A stretch of DNA of 64,000 nt from positions 1-64,000 of IMG/VR virus record IMGVR_UViG_3300010430_000020; one strand, written 5' to 3'. Source of the stretch: a virus. Both the position numbers and the translations under genes were made by a program. How positions within the stretch are numbered: position 1 is the first letter of the stretch; the number at the start of each line of letters is the position of its first letter. Below are positions 36,423 to 47,100 of this stretch, in pieces. The notes under the pieces were generated by a model. It did not search any database and was not told the DNA's origin. It saw nothing but the letters and a program-made list of their open reading frames with translations.

Positions 36423-36659
36423 TCACGTCTTTCCTTCTTTCTCAGAAACTCCTCGGTCGCCACTACATTGTTTGCCACGTTCTTTAAGCACCTTTTTCGC
36501 CATCTTCTTGAAGCTTTTGCTGAGTACCTTATTGCAGGTATCAGGATTATTCTTGATCCAGCCAATGATCATCTTATAGGTATTTACCTTTTGCTCCAGG
36601 CGACGAATGCGTTGCTCTTGATGATCCAATACTTCTCTGTAGAAACTATCTTCCATCAC
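36423..36659 (-). CDS. hypothetical coiled-coil protein
   Basis: ORF track. Confidence 0.55.
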   Translation of the reverse strand: MMEDSFYREVLDHQEQRIRRLEQKVNTYKMIIGWIKNNPDTCNKVLSKSFKKMAKKVLKERGKQCSGDRGVSEKEGKT

Positions 36660-36757
36660 ATTCCCCTAGTGATAGGCTAGCTGCATGTATATTATAACAA
36701 TAATGAAAAGCCAAACCGGAATTAATTGGACAATGACTCGGTGCCAGTCATCACTAT

Positions 36758-36997
36758 TCATAGATTACTCTTTAATACTGCTTGCTCTGCAATATCCTTG
36801 ATATCAATAACAGCATCTATACTTTTCAGCGCGAGTCTATTTGCGGGTTTGTCATCCAGGCGATCCAAAATATCAAGCACCGCATTTCTAAACAGGTCGC
36901 GCTCGTGCTCCACCTCTGAGATTTTTATATCCAGGCGGGCAATGTAGTCATCATAGAATTTTTGATCGCGTTCTTTCATACTTTCCTCATCCATCAC
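36758..36997 (-). CDS. hypothetical protein
   Basis: Coupled to uvsX. Confidence 0.6.
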   Translation of the reverse strand: MMDEESMKERDQKFYDDYIARLDIKISEVEHERDLFRNAVLDILDRLDDKPANRLALKSIDAVIDIKDIAEQAVLKSNL

Positions 36998-38019
36998 TGT
37001 CCGTATAGATATTCTTTCTGCGCGGCCTCTTCTAACTGTTCCATGACTTCTTCGGTATAAACTTCTTCTGGGTGCTCATTTATGTATTTGCCGTAGACTT
37101 TTCGACCATCTGACAATTGATATTGGGTTGAGACTTTTTTGATGATGCCGTACTTTTCTCCGAGAGATAGCAAACCAAAATACTTGTCCAGGCCGTGTTC
37201 ATACGTGAGGAGAAGCTGCGTTTCCGCATTCTCTCTTGATATCCGTGACTTTTGGGTCTTAACCGCGATAATATTACCAAGTATCTCATTCGTATCTTTC
37301 GTGCGCGTGACCGCCTTGTCTTGCTTCTTTGTCAGGAACAGAATAGTGGACGCCGCATATTTCAGACCTGCGCCGCCACCCATCTCTTTGGTCGGAACAT
37401 ATGCCCCCACCACATCATAAATATGATTGGTAAGTATCAGAGGTACTTGTACCTTAGCCAGATGTAATGTCAACACCCTGAATGTGGCTCGCACCAACTG
37501 CGCACGGGTCATGTCGCGGGTGTCCTTACCAGCCTCGCTATCTTCCATTTCCTTACTGGTTGACAACATCCCAAGACTATCCAGCACAATGAGCATCTGT
37601 GGCCGATCTTCTTTGGCCTCATATGCTCTGAGTATCTTGATCACATGTGTTCTGAATTGCTGCAGGGTAGCCACCTCACAGATAATTACCCGGTTAGCAT
37701 CGATACCCCTGGCATCCATCATGCTCCGGGTCACAGCAGCCTCGGTGTCGTAAAACACCACCAAATTTTCGGGGTTGGTATCCAGAAAGTTCTTGATCAC
37801 CGACAGCGCAAAGAATGTCTTACCAGTTGCAGATGCACCTGCCAACGCAACAATCTTATTGTTGGGGACGCCGCCATACAGGCTACCAGATAGAATTGCA
37901 TTGAGCATATAGCAGCCAGTATCAATAAATCCCGAGAACTCGGCAGAACCCTTTTCATCGGCTGCTATTGTAGTGAAATCATCCTTCATTTCCTCAACGA
38001 GGTCTTTCACAAAGTTCAT
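36994..38019 (-). CDS. uvsX: RecA-like recombinase UvsX
   Basis: GASATGKT, YDTE, LDSLG, DMTRA, TNHIY, MGGG.G..YAAS. Confidence 0.95.
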   Translation of the reverse strand: MNFVKDLVEEMKDDFTTIAADEKGSAEFSGFIDTGCYMLNAILSGSLYGGVPNNKIVALAGASATGKTFFALSVIKNFLDTNPENLVVFYDTEAAVTRSMMDARGIDANRVIICEVATLQQFRTHVIKILRAYEAKEDRPQMLIVLDSLGMLSTSKEMEDSEAGKDTRDMTRAQLVRATFRVLTLHLAKVQVPLILTNHIYDVVGAYVPTKEMGGGAGLKYAASTILFLTKKQDKAVTRTKDTNEILGNIIAVKTQKSRISRENAETQLLLTYEHGLDKYFGLLSLGEKYGIIKKVSTQYQLSDGRKVYGKYINEHPEEVYTEEVMEQLEEAAQKEYLYGQ

Positions 38020-38444
38020 TGTCTTCCTGATTCCTCTAATATTTTCCTATTGGACTCTTCGATAATTTCATCGATGTTAGGACATCTCCAGCCACGATTC
38101 AATCGCTGTGCCTTCCTACAGAAACCGATCATATCTCGGGAGCGCCAGCGGTGGTAGATGCTCCTCTTTTTGGCCAAGATTTCCTCGACCACATCCAATT
38201 CCTTATCGAGCTTTTCAACCTCTTTCGTTGTCTCGATCACATCTTCTTTGATAATTTCTCTCGTTTCCTGAAGGTTTTTATTAGACAATTTCAAGATGCT
38301 GAGTTCTTCTAAAACATCAATCTTTAGCTGGTCTCTTGCTATCTCTTCATAAACCCAGTGGCCTGCCGCCAGGAAAAGACCGCTCCAAACCACAAGAACC
38401 AGAATAAGAAAGGCCAAGTTATTACTGAACAGCTTCTCTACCAT
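38016..38444 (-). CDS. TM plus coiled-coil protein, paralogue of 38446-38784
   Basis: MVEKLFSN.LAF...W.G; C......N.GW.CP.I. Confidence 0.7.
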   Translation of the reverse strand: MVEKLFSNNLAFLILVLVVWSGLFLAAGHWVYEEIARDQLKIDVLEELSILKLSNKNLQETREIIKEDVIETTKEVEKLDKELDVVEEILAKKRSIYHRWRSRDMIGFCRKAQRLNRGWRCPNIDEIIEESNRKILEESGRQ

Positions 38445-38445
38445 C

Positions 38446-38784
38446 CTATTTCCCATTATATACAGGGTCCTGACCGTGTGTTTTGATATCATTAATTTTC
38501 GGGCATTTCCAGCCAGGATTCACTTTCTCCATATCCTTACAAACCCGCTTAACATCCTCCATTGTGATATGAAGATGATCATTCTTATCAATGGTTTGCA
38601 AAAACTGCTGTTGATTCACAACAGCAGAGTCCAGGTTTTCCAGATTCTGTAATACATTCTGTTTTAGTTGTTGTTGTTCTCGCTCTATATTCAGCCACTG
38701 ATTTAGTACTACGAGCATTCCAGTCCATATCATAAACACCAAAATATAAAAGGCTATTTTATTTGAGAATATCTTTTCTATCAT
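38446..38784 (-). CDS. TM plus coiled-coil protein
   Basis: MIEKIFSNKIAF...WTG; C......NPGWKCPKI. Confidence 0.7.
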   Translation of the reverse strand: MIEKIFSNKIAFYILVFMIWTGMLVVLNQWLNIEREQQQLKQNVLQNLENLDSAVVNQQQFLQTIDKNDHLHITMEDVKRVCKDMEKVNPGWKCPKINDIKTHGQDPVYNGK

Positions 38785-39625
38785 TCTTGGGTATTGATCT
38801 CTTTATTGTTGTTACCGGTTTCGTTACAGCGACCGGCTTTCTTTGAATTGGATTATCTATATAGCGCAGTATATATCCAGTACCAATTAGTAGAGCAATT
38901 GCCAGCGGGTCAAACACAGCAACCAGGATAATGATCAATCCTCGTACTGCGGTGTTCAATTCTTCTGGATTTGCATCGCCATAAATGAGATTTACAACAT
39001 ATTTGAGAGGGCCAACTTTTGACTCAGAATATCTTTTCTTGGTCTCCAGGAGAATCTTCTCCTCTTGCAAGTCCAAGATTTCACGACGGATTTCCCCCTT
39101 CTGATCAATCAGTTCGCGCTTGTCCTTCGTGTACTTTCTATTTAGTTGTAAGCTTTTGGTGACATACCCCTTGCGGGCTGCCTCTGCTATGACGTTATCG
39201 ATCACATTGATCTGGTTGTCAATAGTCTCAATCTGTTGATTCTTCGAATCAATTTGCACATCATAGGATTTCAGCTTGCCATCATACGTAGTCGAAATTT
39301 CTGTCTTCTGAACAATGTGCGCCTTGGCCAGGAAACCGTAGATGCCCAGAGAGGTAATGCCCATCAGCACGAGCACCGCACAGACCAGATAGGATTTGAC
39401 ACTGATTGGCAGTAAGCGCCAGTTGAGGTGTGCCCAGTAGGCTGTAGAAACTTTGGCGGACTCCAGTACAATGGCCATAACCATGATCGCCTGGGGGCTG
39501 GCTGAGAATATTTCCATGAGCCCCAGAACCGAAAAGAAGGCCGCCACCATAGACAAACAAATAGCGATACCCAGGGTAATATACGTCGTAATCCTAATCA
39601 TTGATTTCCATTCCTGCGACCTCAA
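38759..39625 (-). CDS. conserved T4-like multi-pass membrane protein with coiled coil
   Basis: SV.GL..IF, LE..K, ITSLGIYGFL, VGPLKY, VFDPLAI. Confidence 0.8.
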   Translation of the reverse strand: MRSQEWKSMIRITTYITLGIAICLSMVAAFFSVLGLMEIFSASPQAIMVMAIVLESAKVSTAYWAHLNWRLLPISVKSYLVCAVLVLMGITSLGIYGFLAKAHIVQKTEISTTYDGKLKSYDVQIDSKNQQIETIDNQINVIDNVIAEAARKGYVTKSLQLNRKYTKDKRELIDQKGEIRREILDLQEEKILLETKKRYSESKVGPLKYVVNLIYGDANPEELNTAVRGLIIILVAVFDPLAIALLIGTGYILRYIDNPIQRKPVAVTKPVTTIKRSIPKNDRKDILK

Positions 39626-39842
39626 GAAGTGCCAGCTTGAAGGCCGTTACTTTTTCTACCCGATTGGGCCAGTAAATAGTTGGCTTCTCAGGTGATTTCA
39701 TCAAATTATTGAGTAGCGGGAGCACCATATTGACCACCTCTTCAAGCTTCTTCTGATCGGCCTCGATCTTTTCTGCTTTAGCTGGCGGAACAAAATCCTC
39801 ATCTTCCAGAGAAAAACCAAAATCCCATACACGTTCACTCAT
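39594..39842 (-). CDS. conserved T4-like hypothetical protein
   Basis: DFGFS...PLLNNL...PEK..IYWPNR. Confidence 0.75.
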   Translation of the reverse strand: MSERVWDFGFSLEDEDFVPPAKAEKIEADQKKLEEVVNMVLPLLNNLMKSPEKPTIYWPNRVEKVTAFKLALLEVAGMEIND

Positions 39843-39935
39843 CTAATAGCTCCTTGACATCATCAATAGCCTCTTTACTTACCGGAAAATATGATAATGA
39901 ACATACTGATCAAGATGGTAGCCACTTCTATACTA

Positions 39936-40277
39936 TCAAACATCAGCCTTGCCTTGCGTCGCCAGTGATTCTTCTTCCATCCAACGATCTCGATATCGCT
40001 CGGATAGTCTATTCATTTCACTAAGACGTTCAGCAGCCAAATGTTCTGCATCGATTACCTTCTGTTCCAGCTCCTCGATGCGCCTGTTCGCGAACCTAAG
40101 TTCAGTCTTCATTTTGGAGTTGAGCTTTTCGTGGCGTTCAATAATGGCATTACGAACAACCGGGCGGTTTTCAATGACACGGTTCCGCTCCTCAAGCTCC
40201 TCGATGCGCTTCTCTGCAATCACACGCTTACCAGCTTCAATTTTGTACAGGTCTTCGAAGTCTTGATAATCACTCAT
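39936..40277 (-). CDS. coiled-coil hypothetical protein
   Basis: Internal duplication of A..RIEELE. Confidence 0.65.
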   Translation of the reverse strand: MSDYQDFEDLYKIEAGKRVIAEKRIEELEERNRVIENRPVVRNAIIERHEKLNSKMKTELRFANRRIEELEQKVIDAEHLAAERLSEMNRLSERYRDRWMEEESLATQGKADV

Positions 40278-40486
40278 TGCTTCACTCCAAAATAACGGGT
40301 AAGTTCCCGAAAAGCGGCACGAGTCTTCTTCGCATCCTCCAGATCAATTCGTTGACAATTTTTTCCTCCGGCTTTATATCGACGCTTACATGTCTTATAC
40401 TCAATTTCGATATCTTCCAAATAATCAGCCAAGAGTTGTTTCATCAATGCTTCTTTTGAGTCCCATGATAGTTTCATTGTCATCAT
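40274..40486 (-). CDS. hypothetical protein
   Basis: Coupled to the gp43 stop. Confidence 0.6.
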   Translation of the reverse strand: MMTMKLSWDSKEALMKQLLADYLEDIEIEYKTCKRRYKAGGKNCQRIDLEDAKKTRAAFRELTRYFGVKQ

Positions 40487-42969
40487 CCAAAAAAATCCTC
40501 AATGGTGTACATCTCTTCAGTCTTCCAACCAATAACATCCGTAATCGAGCGCAGTGGCTGCAGGTATGCCTTTTCAAACTGCATATTGCGGTCGATATAC
40601 TCATACGCACCGAATTCCTTGGGCAGGTACCCAGGGGATGCAATAACGGTCTGATGGAGGGGATTTGGGACTTTGAGGTAAGCGAATTTGATCTTGTCCC
40701 CATCATATATCGGTGTCATATTCAATTTGTGCTTCTTTAGCAGATTGTTATATATCAGACTCCCTTTGGTGTGGATGGGTGTCCCTTTGGCATAGATTGT
40801 CTGGTGGTCTGTGTATTTAGTAAGCCCGTTAACCCCGCGCGGAAAGGCAATATCAGAGAAGGGCATCTCATCGAACCTCTTGCGAAAGTCCTCGACATAT
40901 TTGATGAGGGTTTCGTTGTCTTCTGTCAGGATAATTTTCAGGGATTCTTTCAGAGCGCGGCGGCAACACTCAGGTACTGAAGATCGAATGGCTTCGATCC
41001 CCATCATTTTTAATTCTGGCTCCTTATAACGTATGCCCTCTGAATCGAGAACATACAACACATACATTTTTTTGGCTTTCCAAATACCCTTAGATGCGAT
41101 GACTTCTCTTTTCATCACCATCGCATTCTTTTTGGCATTCATAATTTCGGCGAGTTGTCGGTATGCTCTGTCAATTTCTGGTTGGATAACCTTCTCGGAA
41201 AAAGAAGACAGTGTATCAACTGTATCAATACAATCATCCCCACTATGAAGATAGCGATGTACAATAGGAGCGAGATTGAGATAGATAGAGTCTGTGTCCA
41301 TAGCGACCACAAAGTCTTCATTCTCTGTTCCCAGCTTGTTGTTGATAAAACTATTTATGTGTTTCTCAACCCAACGGATGGAAAGCTGGCCAGACAATGT
41401 AATGGCCTCGGCATTGTCGGAATCATAGAACATGAACCACTGATTTCCAACAGCGCCGTAGGCCGAATTTAGGAAGATTTTCATCGCCATCTGAGCAGTC
41501 TGAAATTGATCGATCTTGTCGCCGACCTCTTCACCTGCTGCTTTGCGCTTCTCCCAGGCTACTTTTTGCAGACGATACTCGGTTCGCTTGCTAAAATATT
41601 TTTGCATAAGGGCTGGTAGAAAACCGATACGTACACGATCATAAAGACAGCCATTAGCAGCCATAGAATATTCGCTATCATTCGTAATCTTTCCTCCAAG
41701 GAGTTTCTCGACCGAAACATTTTCATTCCTCCCACGAAATGTTTCTGGACTGATATTATATTGTATTATAAGGTGTGGATACAACGACGTAAGGTCAAAT
41801 GACACCACCCATTCGTGCAATCCAGAAATAGGCTCCTTTACATATGCTCCTTCATATGCCACTGTTTTGTGATGCTTCTCCTTTAGTGGCACCACGGTCT
41901 TGAAAGACATCAAATAGTTGTGAATCACGATCTCCCAGGGTAGAACAGACCCCAGACTATCATTGAAATTCACCTTGTTATCGTATGCCATCACGAAAAT
42001 CAGATCAAGTAGCTTCTTCTTCTCGTTTAGGCGGTGTACCAAGTTCACATCTTTGATGTTGTATTCCAGGTACTTACGATAATCATTCTCATACAGATCA
42101 TCAAGATTTTCATATTCAGAAAAATCTATCTTTTTCTCACCCAGCTCCACATAAGCGATGTGATTTAGTGCATAACTCTCCTGCTGAGTGTATGTGAATT
42201 TCTTGTAGAGCTGCATACAGTCCAGGATACTTATGCCGAGAGGGACATATGTCTGCTGTTCCCGACCCATAACAAAGAGAGTCTTCTCGAATAGCTGCTC
42301 CCAGGGGCTAAGTTTGCGGGCCTGATGCTGCCCCAGAACCTTGGTGATCCTGTTGACGAGATATGGAATATCGAAGAACTCCACGTTCCATCCAGTCACC
42401 ACATCAGGTTGCCACCCATCGCTGTTCCAGGCTTGTATGAACCGCGCTAGCAGATCATGCTCATCCTTACAGAACACATAATGGACATTCTTGTCTGTGG
42501 GTTTGTATGGCTCCTTATAACCGAACACCAGGATACGGTCTCCCCGGCGCATGGTGAGCGCAGTAACAGGCTCCTTGGCATCCTCGATAAAGCGATCAAA
42601 GCCCGACTTGGGCAACTTGACCTCGATGTCAATCGTTACCACACTGATCTGTTCTACATCATATGGGACTTCGGCGGGGAACAGATCGTTGAGGAACAAG
42701 TACTTCCAATTGGTCAGTCCATAGATTTTGAAGCCGGTGACATCCTCATACCGCGCCAGGAATTCCTTGGCTTCCTTGATGGTATTAAAGGGCATCCTAT
42801 CGACTGGCTGATCATCCAGAGTACGATATTCGGCATCTGCCTGCCTCGATGGGACAAACAGGTATGGATGATATGGGATTTTGGTCTGTATACGCTTGCC
42901 GTTATTATACCCCCTAAACAATATGTTATTGCCATATTGGGCGACATGAGTATAGAATTTGCTCATCAT
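40483..42969 (-). CDS. 43: Family B DNA polymerase (T4 gp43)
   Basis: DIE exonuclease, GWN..FFD, SFDLTSLYP, K...NSAYG, DTDS, KKMY. Confidence 0.97.
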   Translation of the reverse strand: MMSKFYTHVAQYGNNILFRGYNNGKRIQTKIPYHPYLFVPSRQADAEYRTLDDQPVDRMPFNTIKEAKEFLARYEDVTGFKIYGLTNWKYLFLNDLFPAEVPYDVEQISVVTIDIEVKLPKSGFDRFIEDAKEPVTALTMRRGDRILVFGYKEPYKPTDKNVHYVFCKDEHDLLARFIQAWNSDGWQPDVVTGWNVEFFDIPYLVNRITKVLGQHQARKLSPWEQLFEKTLFVMGREQQTYVPLGISILDCMQLYKKFTYTQQESYALNHIAYVELGEKKIDFSEYENLDDLYENDYRKYLEYNIKDVNLVHRLNEKKKLLDLIFVMAYDNKVNFNDSLGSVLPWEIVIHNYLMSFKTVVPLKEKHHKTVAYEGAYVKEPISGLHEWVVSFDLTSLYPHLIIQYNISPETFRGRNENVSVEKLLGGKITNDSEYSMAANGCLYDRVRIGFLPALMQKYFSKRTEYRLQKVAWEKRKAAGEEVGDKIDQFQTAQMAMKIFLNSAYGAVGNQWFMFYDSDNAEAITLSGQLSIRWVEKHINSFINNKLGTENEDFVVAMDTDSIYLNLAPIVHRYLHSGDDCIDTVDTLSSFSEKVIQPEIDRAYRQLAEIMNAKKNAMVMKREVIASKGIWKAKKMYVLYVLDSEGIRYKEPELKMMGIEAIRSSVPECCRRALKESLKIILTEDNETLIKYVEDFRKRFDEMPFSDIAFPRGVNGLTKYTDHQTIYAKGTPIHTKGSLIYNNLLKKHKLNMTPIYDGDKIKFAYLKVPNPLHQTVIASPGYLPKEFGAYEYIDRNMQFEKAYLQPLRSITDVIGWKTEEMYTIEDFFG

Positions 42970-43025
42970 ACCTCCAAACGACTGTTGGTAGCATACTTAG
43001 GTCACTGTGTCAAAATAAAAAAGTG

Positions 43026-43106
43026 CAGGTCGCGTGAAGAAACTTATTGACTACCACAGCCAGTATAGTAGGATGCAAATCAACAGCAACGAGGAGTGAG
43101 ACCCCA
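43026..43106 (+). promoter_or_regulatory. Early promoter/leader cassette copy 4 (inverted)
   Basis: CAGGTCGCGTGAAGAAACTT-A-TTGACT-N16-TAGGAT ... CAACAGCAACGAGGAGTGAGACCCCAATG. Confidence 0.85.
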
Positions 43107-43319
43107 ATGACCAAGATCAAATATCTTAGCATGTTGCAGCAGATTTACTACACCGCCAACATGTCTGATAGCGATAATCCAGATAAGGCCGATTGGTTGG
43201 ATGCAGATGCCTGTGCTCACCAGTGCCGCTCCATCGATCAGATGCTTTTGAATCTCGTTGATGGCGGCAGCATCACAGCAGAAGAATTCCAGACCTTTTA
43301 TGACACATTGGGAGAGTGA
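43107..43319 (+). CDS. hypothetical early protein
   Basis: ATG directly after the cassette leader (MTKIKY). Confidence 0.75.
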   Translation: MTKIKYLSMLQQIYYTANMSDSDNPDKADWLDADACAHQCRSIDQMLLNLVDGGSITAEEFQTFYDTLGE

Positions 43320-43320
43320 A

Positions 43321-43521
43321 ATGAATGACTTTAAAATCACACTAGAAGAAGCACTATCACACTGGGCAAAAACTGCAACAGATGATGAACTCTACAGTAT
43401 GTTCAATTCAATAGGCGATCAGTTAGCTGATGGTCCTAATCTCAAGGAACTCCAGACGATACTGGAAATTCGTTCCGCCATCAGACCCGAAATTGAAAAA
43501 CGTATGGGGAGGAAAGTATGA
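43321..43521 (+). CDS. hypothetical early protein
   Basis: Start at MNDFK, right after the previous stop. Confidence 0.7.
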   Translation: MNDFKITLEEALSHWAKTATDDELYSMFNSIGDQLADGPNLKELQTILEIRSAIRPEIEKRMGRKV

Positions 43522-43730
43522 AGTTTGTACAGAAGCGTTTATCTATTGACGATCTGAAAAAAATGGTCAAGGATATGGACTTCATGCTAGAACGCTCAGA
43601 ACTTCATGCTGAATTGTCCGACAGAGCACGATATAATAGTTGCATAAGGACAGTTAGACACATGGCCATGCGCATGAACAGAGGCTATGATTGGGAGGAT
43701 TCTGAAAGCTGTGGCCAAAAAGAGAAATAG
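43518..43730 (+). CDS. hypothetical early protein
   Basis: ATGA overlap; GGAGG SD. Confidence 0.7.
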   Translation: MKFVQKRLSIDDLKKMVKDMDFMLERSELHAELSDRARYNSCIRTVRHMAMRMNRGYDWEDSESCGQKEK

Positions 43731-43953
43731 TTCAGTTCACGGGTATCGTATCAGAACATCTCCAAATGATGTTGGCTCGCGTACATGCTTAACCTGCTCT
43801 TCAACATTTAATAGTTGGGGAGCGGGTAACAGAATTTGTCCCCGGTGTAAAAATAGTGATGCATACAAAGTAGCTCGGGAGGATGATGGAGTTTTGGGAG
43901 TTGCAGGATTTGCATTATACGAAATAGAGAAAGATAAGATGCCAGATGAGTGA
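43687..43953 (+). CDS. Zn-ribbon protein
   Basis: CLTC..F.S.G.GNRICPRC. Confidence 0.7.
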   Translation: MIGRILKAVAKKRNSSVHGYRIRTSPNDVGSRTCLTCSSTFNSWGAGNRICPRCKNSDAYKVAREDDGVLGVAGFALYEIEKDKMPDE

Positions 43954-44146
43954 TAGTTGTAATCTAATACAAAATTGTATATTCAACCCATACGATGGAG
44001 AAGGATTAGAACTTGTGTGTAAGACACATGGTCACAAATTCAAAATTATGGGGGAGTCAGGAAGTTTTGCGATAGAAATTCCTAAGAAATGTCCGGTGGC
44101 CGATCAGGTCAATGTTGTTCCGTTTCCTTGGAGAAAGGTTTCGTAA
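43946..44146 (+). CDS. small Cys-containing protein
   Basis: ORF track; ends at the terminator. Confidence 0.6.
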   Translation: MSDSCNLIQNCIFNPYDGEGLELVCKTHGHKFKIMGESGSFAIEIPKKCPVADQVNVVPFPWRKVS

Positions 44147-44170
44147 AAAAGGGGGGCCGAAGCCCCCCTT
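44145..44170 (-). terminator. UUCG-tetraloop intrinsic terminator between convergent units
   Basis: AAGGGGGGC-TTCG-GCCCCCCTTTTTT. Confidence 0.9.
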
Positions 44171-44185
44171 ATGCCTTGTTAATAA

Positions 44186-47100
44186 CTAGGCTCCAGGTTT
44201 TTTGACCACTACGATAGGCTTGTCACCAACAGGCTCTGGTTCTGGCAAATCAGCCTCGACCACAGTCTCTACAGTTGGTTTTACCTTATCGATGGCTTTC
44301 TCGACAAGCTTGACTGGATCGAGACCCTTGGCCTTCACAGCTTCCACCACATCGGCTTCTACTGCCATAACGATATCGGCCTCGCCTGCTGGTGTCTCAA
44401 CCACTTCCAGCTTGGCCTCGGGAAGAATGTCTTCACTGGTATCCGTTAGGACCAGCTTATCACCTTCTTTCTCTAGCTCGACCAGCTGCGGTAAGACTTC
44501 CGGCATTTCTACCGTAACATCATCAACCACAACCTTTTCGAGAGGTGCTGTTACCGTTGCTTCCGGTAGCACTGGAACCGAGTCATTCGTCTCTAGGGCG
44601 GCCTTGACGACCTCCTCCAGGACAACACCCTTATCTTCCAATTCTGCCTTCACAGCAGGCTCTACAGCCAGCACAACGTCACTCATACCCTCATCCGTCT
44701 TGACCGGAATCAGCTCGACCTCATCGGCCTTCACTTCAACCGTGGCGTCTTCCAGGATAATGGCAGGGGCATCAGATGATGGCTTCTCATCTAGCTTAAC
44801 TTCTAGAAGCTGAGGAGCTTCCTCCGCCGCCAGGGTCACTTCGACCGTTGGTTTATCAGATGTCTCATCGATCAATAGAGTAGCTGGCTCCTTAGCGATT
44901 TCGTCTAGCTTTTCTACGACCTCCTCGACCTCCATAGCTTCAGCCATGTCTTCATCCTTGACTGTGGTGCTATCTGTTGGGACAACTTCCACATCAGCGA
45001 TGTTAACCGCCTTTTCTAAGACTTCGACTACATCTTCAACCGCAGCTTCTACTTCCTTATCAACCGCCACAATCAAGTCTGGCTGGCCTTCAGGAGTAAC
45101 AACTGCCACCAGCTCGGCATCCTCTGGAATGTCTTCTTTGACATCCACAAGATCGACACTGACGATTTCATTATTTGCAGGATCAGGATCGAGGACCGCT
45201 TCCACCACTTGAGGTAGGACTTCAGGAGTCGTGACCTCAACAGTATCCTTGGTCTCATCCATCTTATCAACCATTACCGTTACCGGCTCAACCTCTTCCT
45301 CTACTGCAGGAACTTCAGGGAGGGCATCATTGGTTTCGAGAGCGTCTTTTACAACTTCCTCGATGACCACACCTTCCGTCTCAAGCGCCTCTTTCTCAAT
45401 TGGGTCAATTGCGATAACAACGTCTGCCTTATCCTCATCGGTTTTGATGACCAGCAATTCCTTATTGTCTCCCACCTCAATTGTGGCATCCTCTACGACA
45501 ATAGATGGAATTTCCTTATTTGCCGGATTATCATCTAGCTTAACCGCTACCACCTGTGGGGACTCTTCTGCCGCCAGGGTCACTTCGACCGTTGGCTTAT
45601 CTGAATCCTTGTCCACAACAATAGTTGCAGGCTCCTTGGCGATTTCGTCTAGCTTTTCTACGACTGCCTCGACCTTAGAAGCTTCTTCAACCTTGGCTTC
45701 ATCGAGTACAGGGGCATCTACCAGGACATCTGCCTGATTGATTGCCTTCTCAACGACTTCGGCCAAATCTTTGACACCATCCTTTTTAAGCTCCTCGACA
45801 ACCTCTGGTTTGGCCACGACAACCATGTCTGGCTGGCCATCAGGGGTTACCACAGGCATCAACGCGCCATCAGCGGGGATATCCTCTGCAACAGGCTTTA
45901 ACTCCACTGCAGGCTCTTCCACGACGATTTCAGGGGCATCCTTTAGAACGACTTCCATAATAGGCTCAACGACATCTGGTAGAGTCATCTCAACCGTTGG
46001 TTTTTCGTCATCCGTTTTATCCACCAGGACTGTTACATCCTCGGGATGGATTTCGATTTCTTCCTTGGTCTCTTCATCGATAACAACCTTGGGCTCATCA
46101 ACCAGCTCAGGGGCATCAACGATTTCCTTGGCAACCTCTAGAAGATCAGTCTTGGCCTTTTCCAGGACTTCAACGACTTCTGGTGCTGCTGCGACCACAA
46201 CGTCTGATTTGCCTTCTTCAGTTTTGACCACCACCAGCTCGGCATCGTCTGACACCTCTACCATAGCATCCTCAACCTTTAGAGGAGGCATATCAGTTAC
46301 GGCATCTTTGTTCTCTTCATCAATCTTCAATTCGACAACAGGAACATCCTCTACGAGGTCTTTCTTGACTTCGAGAGTTTCTTTCTTGTCATCTTCTTTA
46401 TTAACGAGAACAATATCAGCCTTTTTCTCTTCGACTTCAGCAACTACTTCGGCCTTATCGGCTTCTTCTAGTTTGACTTCATCGACTGGCTCGGATGTTT
46501 TGACTTCTTCAACCACCTCTGCGGCGGCACTCTCTACAACACCCTTGACATCAATATCTTTGGCTTCAAGTTCGTCCTTCAGGACAGGATCAACAGCCAC
46601 GACCACATCTGGCTTGCCTTCCGGCATGACCACTGGTAGCAGTACTGCATCTTCCTTGATATCCTCAACCGTATCTTCAAGCTTTACTGCAGGAATATCA
46701 GCCTTTGTGGGCTTGTCATCCTTTTTCAATTCAACAACAGAAGGAATTTCCTTTGGTAGAGTCACCTCTACTGTGGGCTTATCGGCTTTTTCCTTATCAA
46801 CCAAGACAGTTTTCTTTTCTTCAGCCTTCTCGGTCTTTTCAGGGAGTTTGGGTGCGGCATCCAGAGCGTCAACGACTTCTTTAACTGTGTCAACAATATC
46901 TACTTTTGCCTCATCCAGGAGCTTCTTATCATCTTCCTTCAGCGCAACGACCACATCTGCTTTCCCAGCTTCCGTTTTCACGGGCAGGAGAACCACATCA
47001 TCTGAAACCTCGATGGTGGCATCTTTCAGCTCAACATCGATCTTGGAGTCGCCTTTTTTATCGACCTTGGCTTCAATGATCTGAGGCTTATTGTCGGGAG

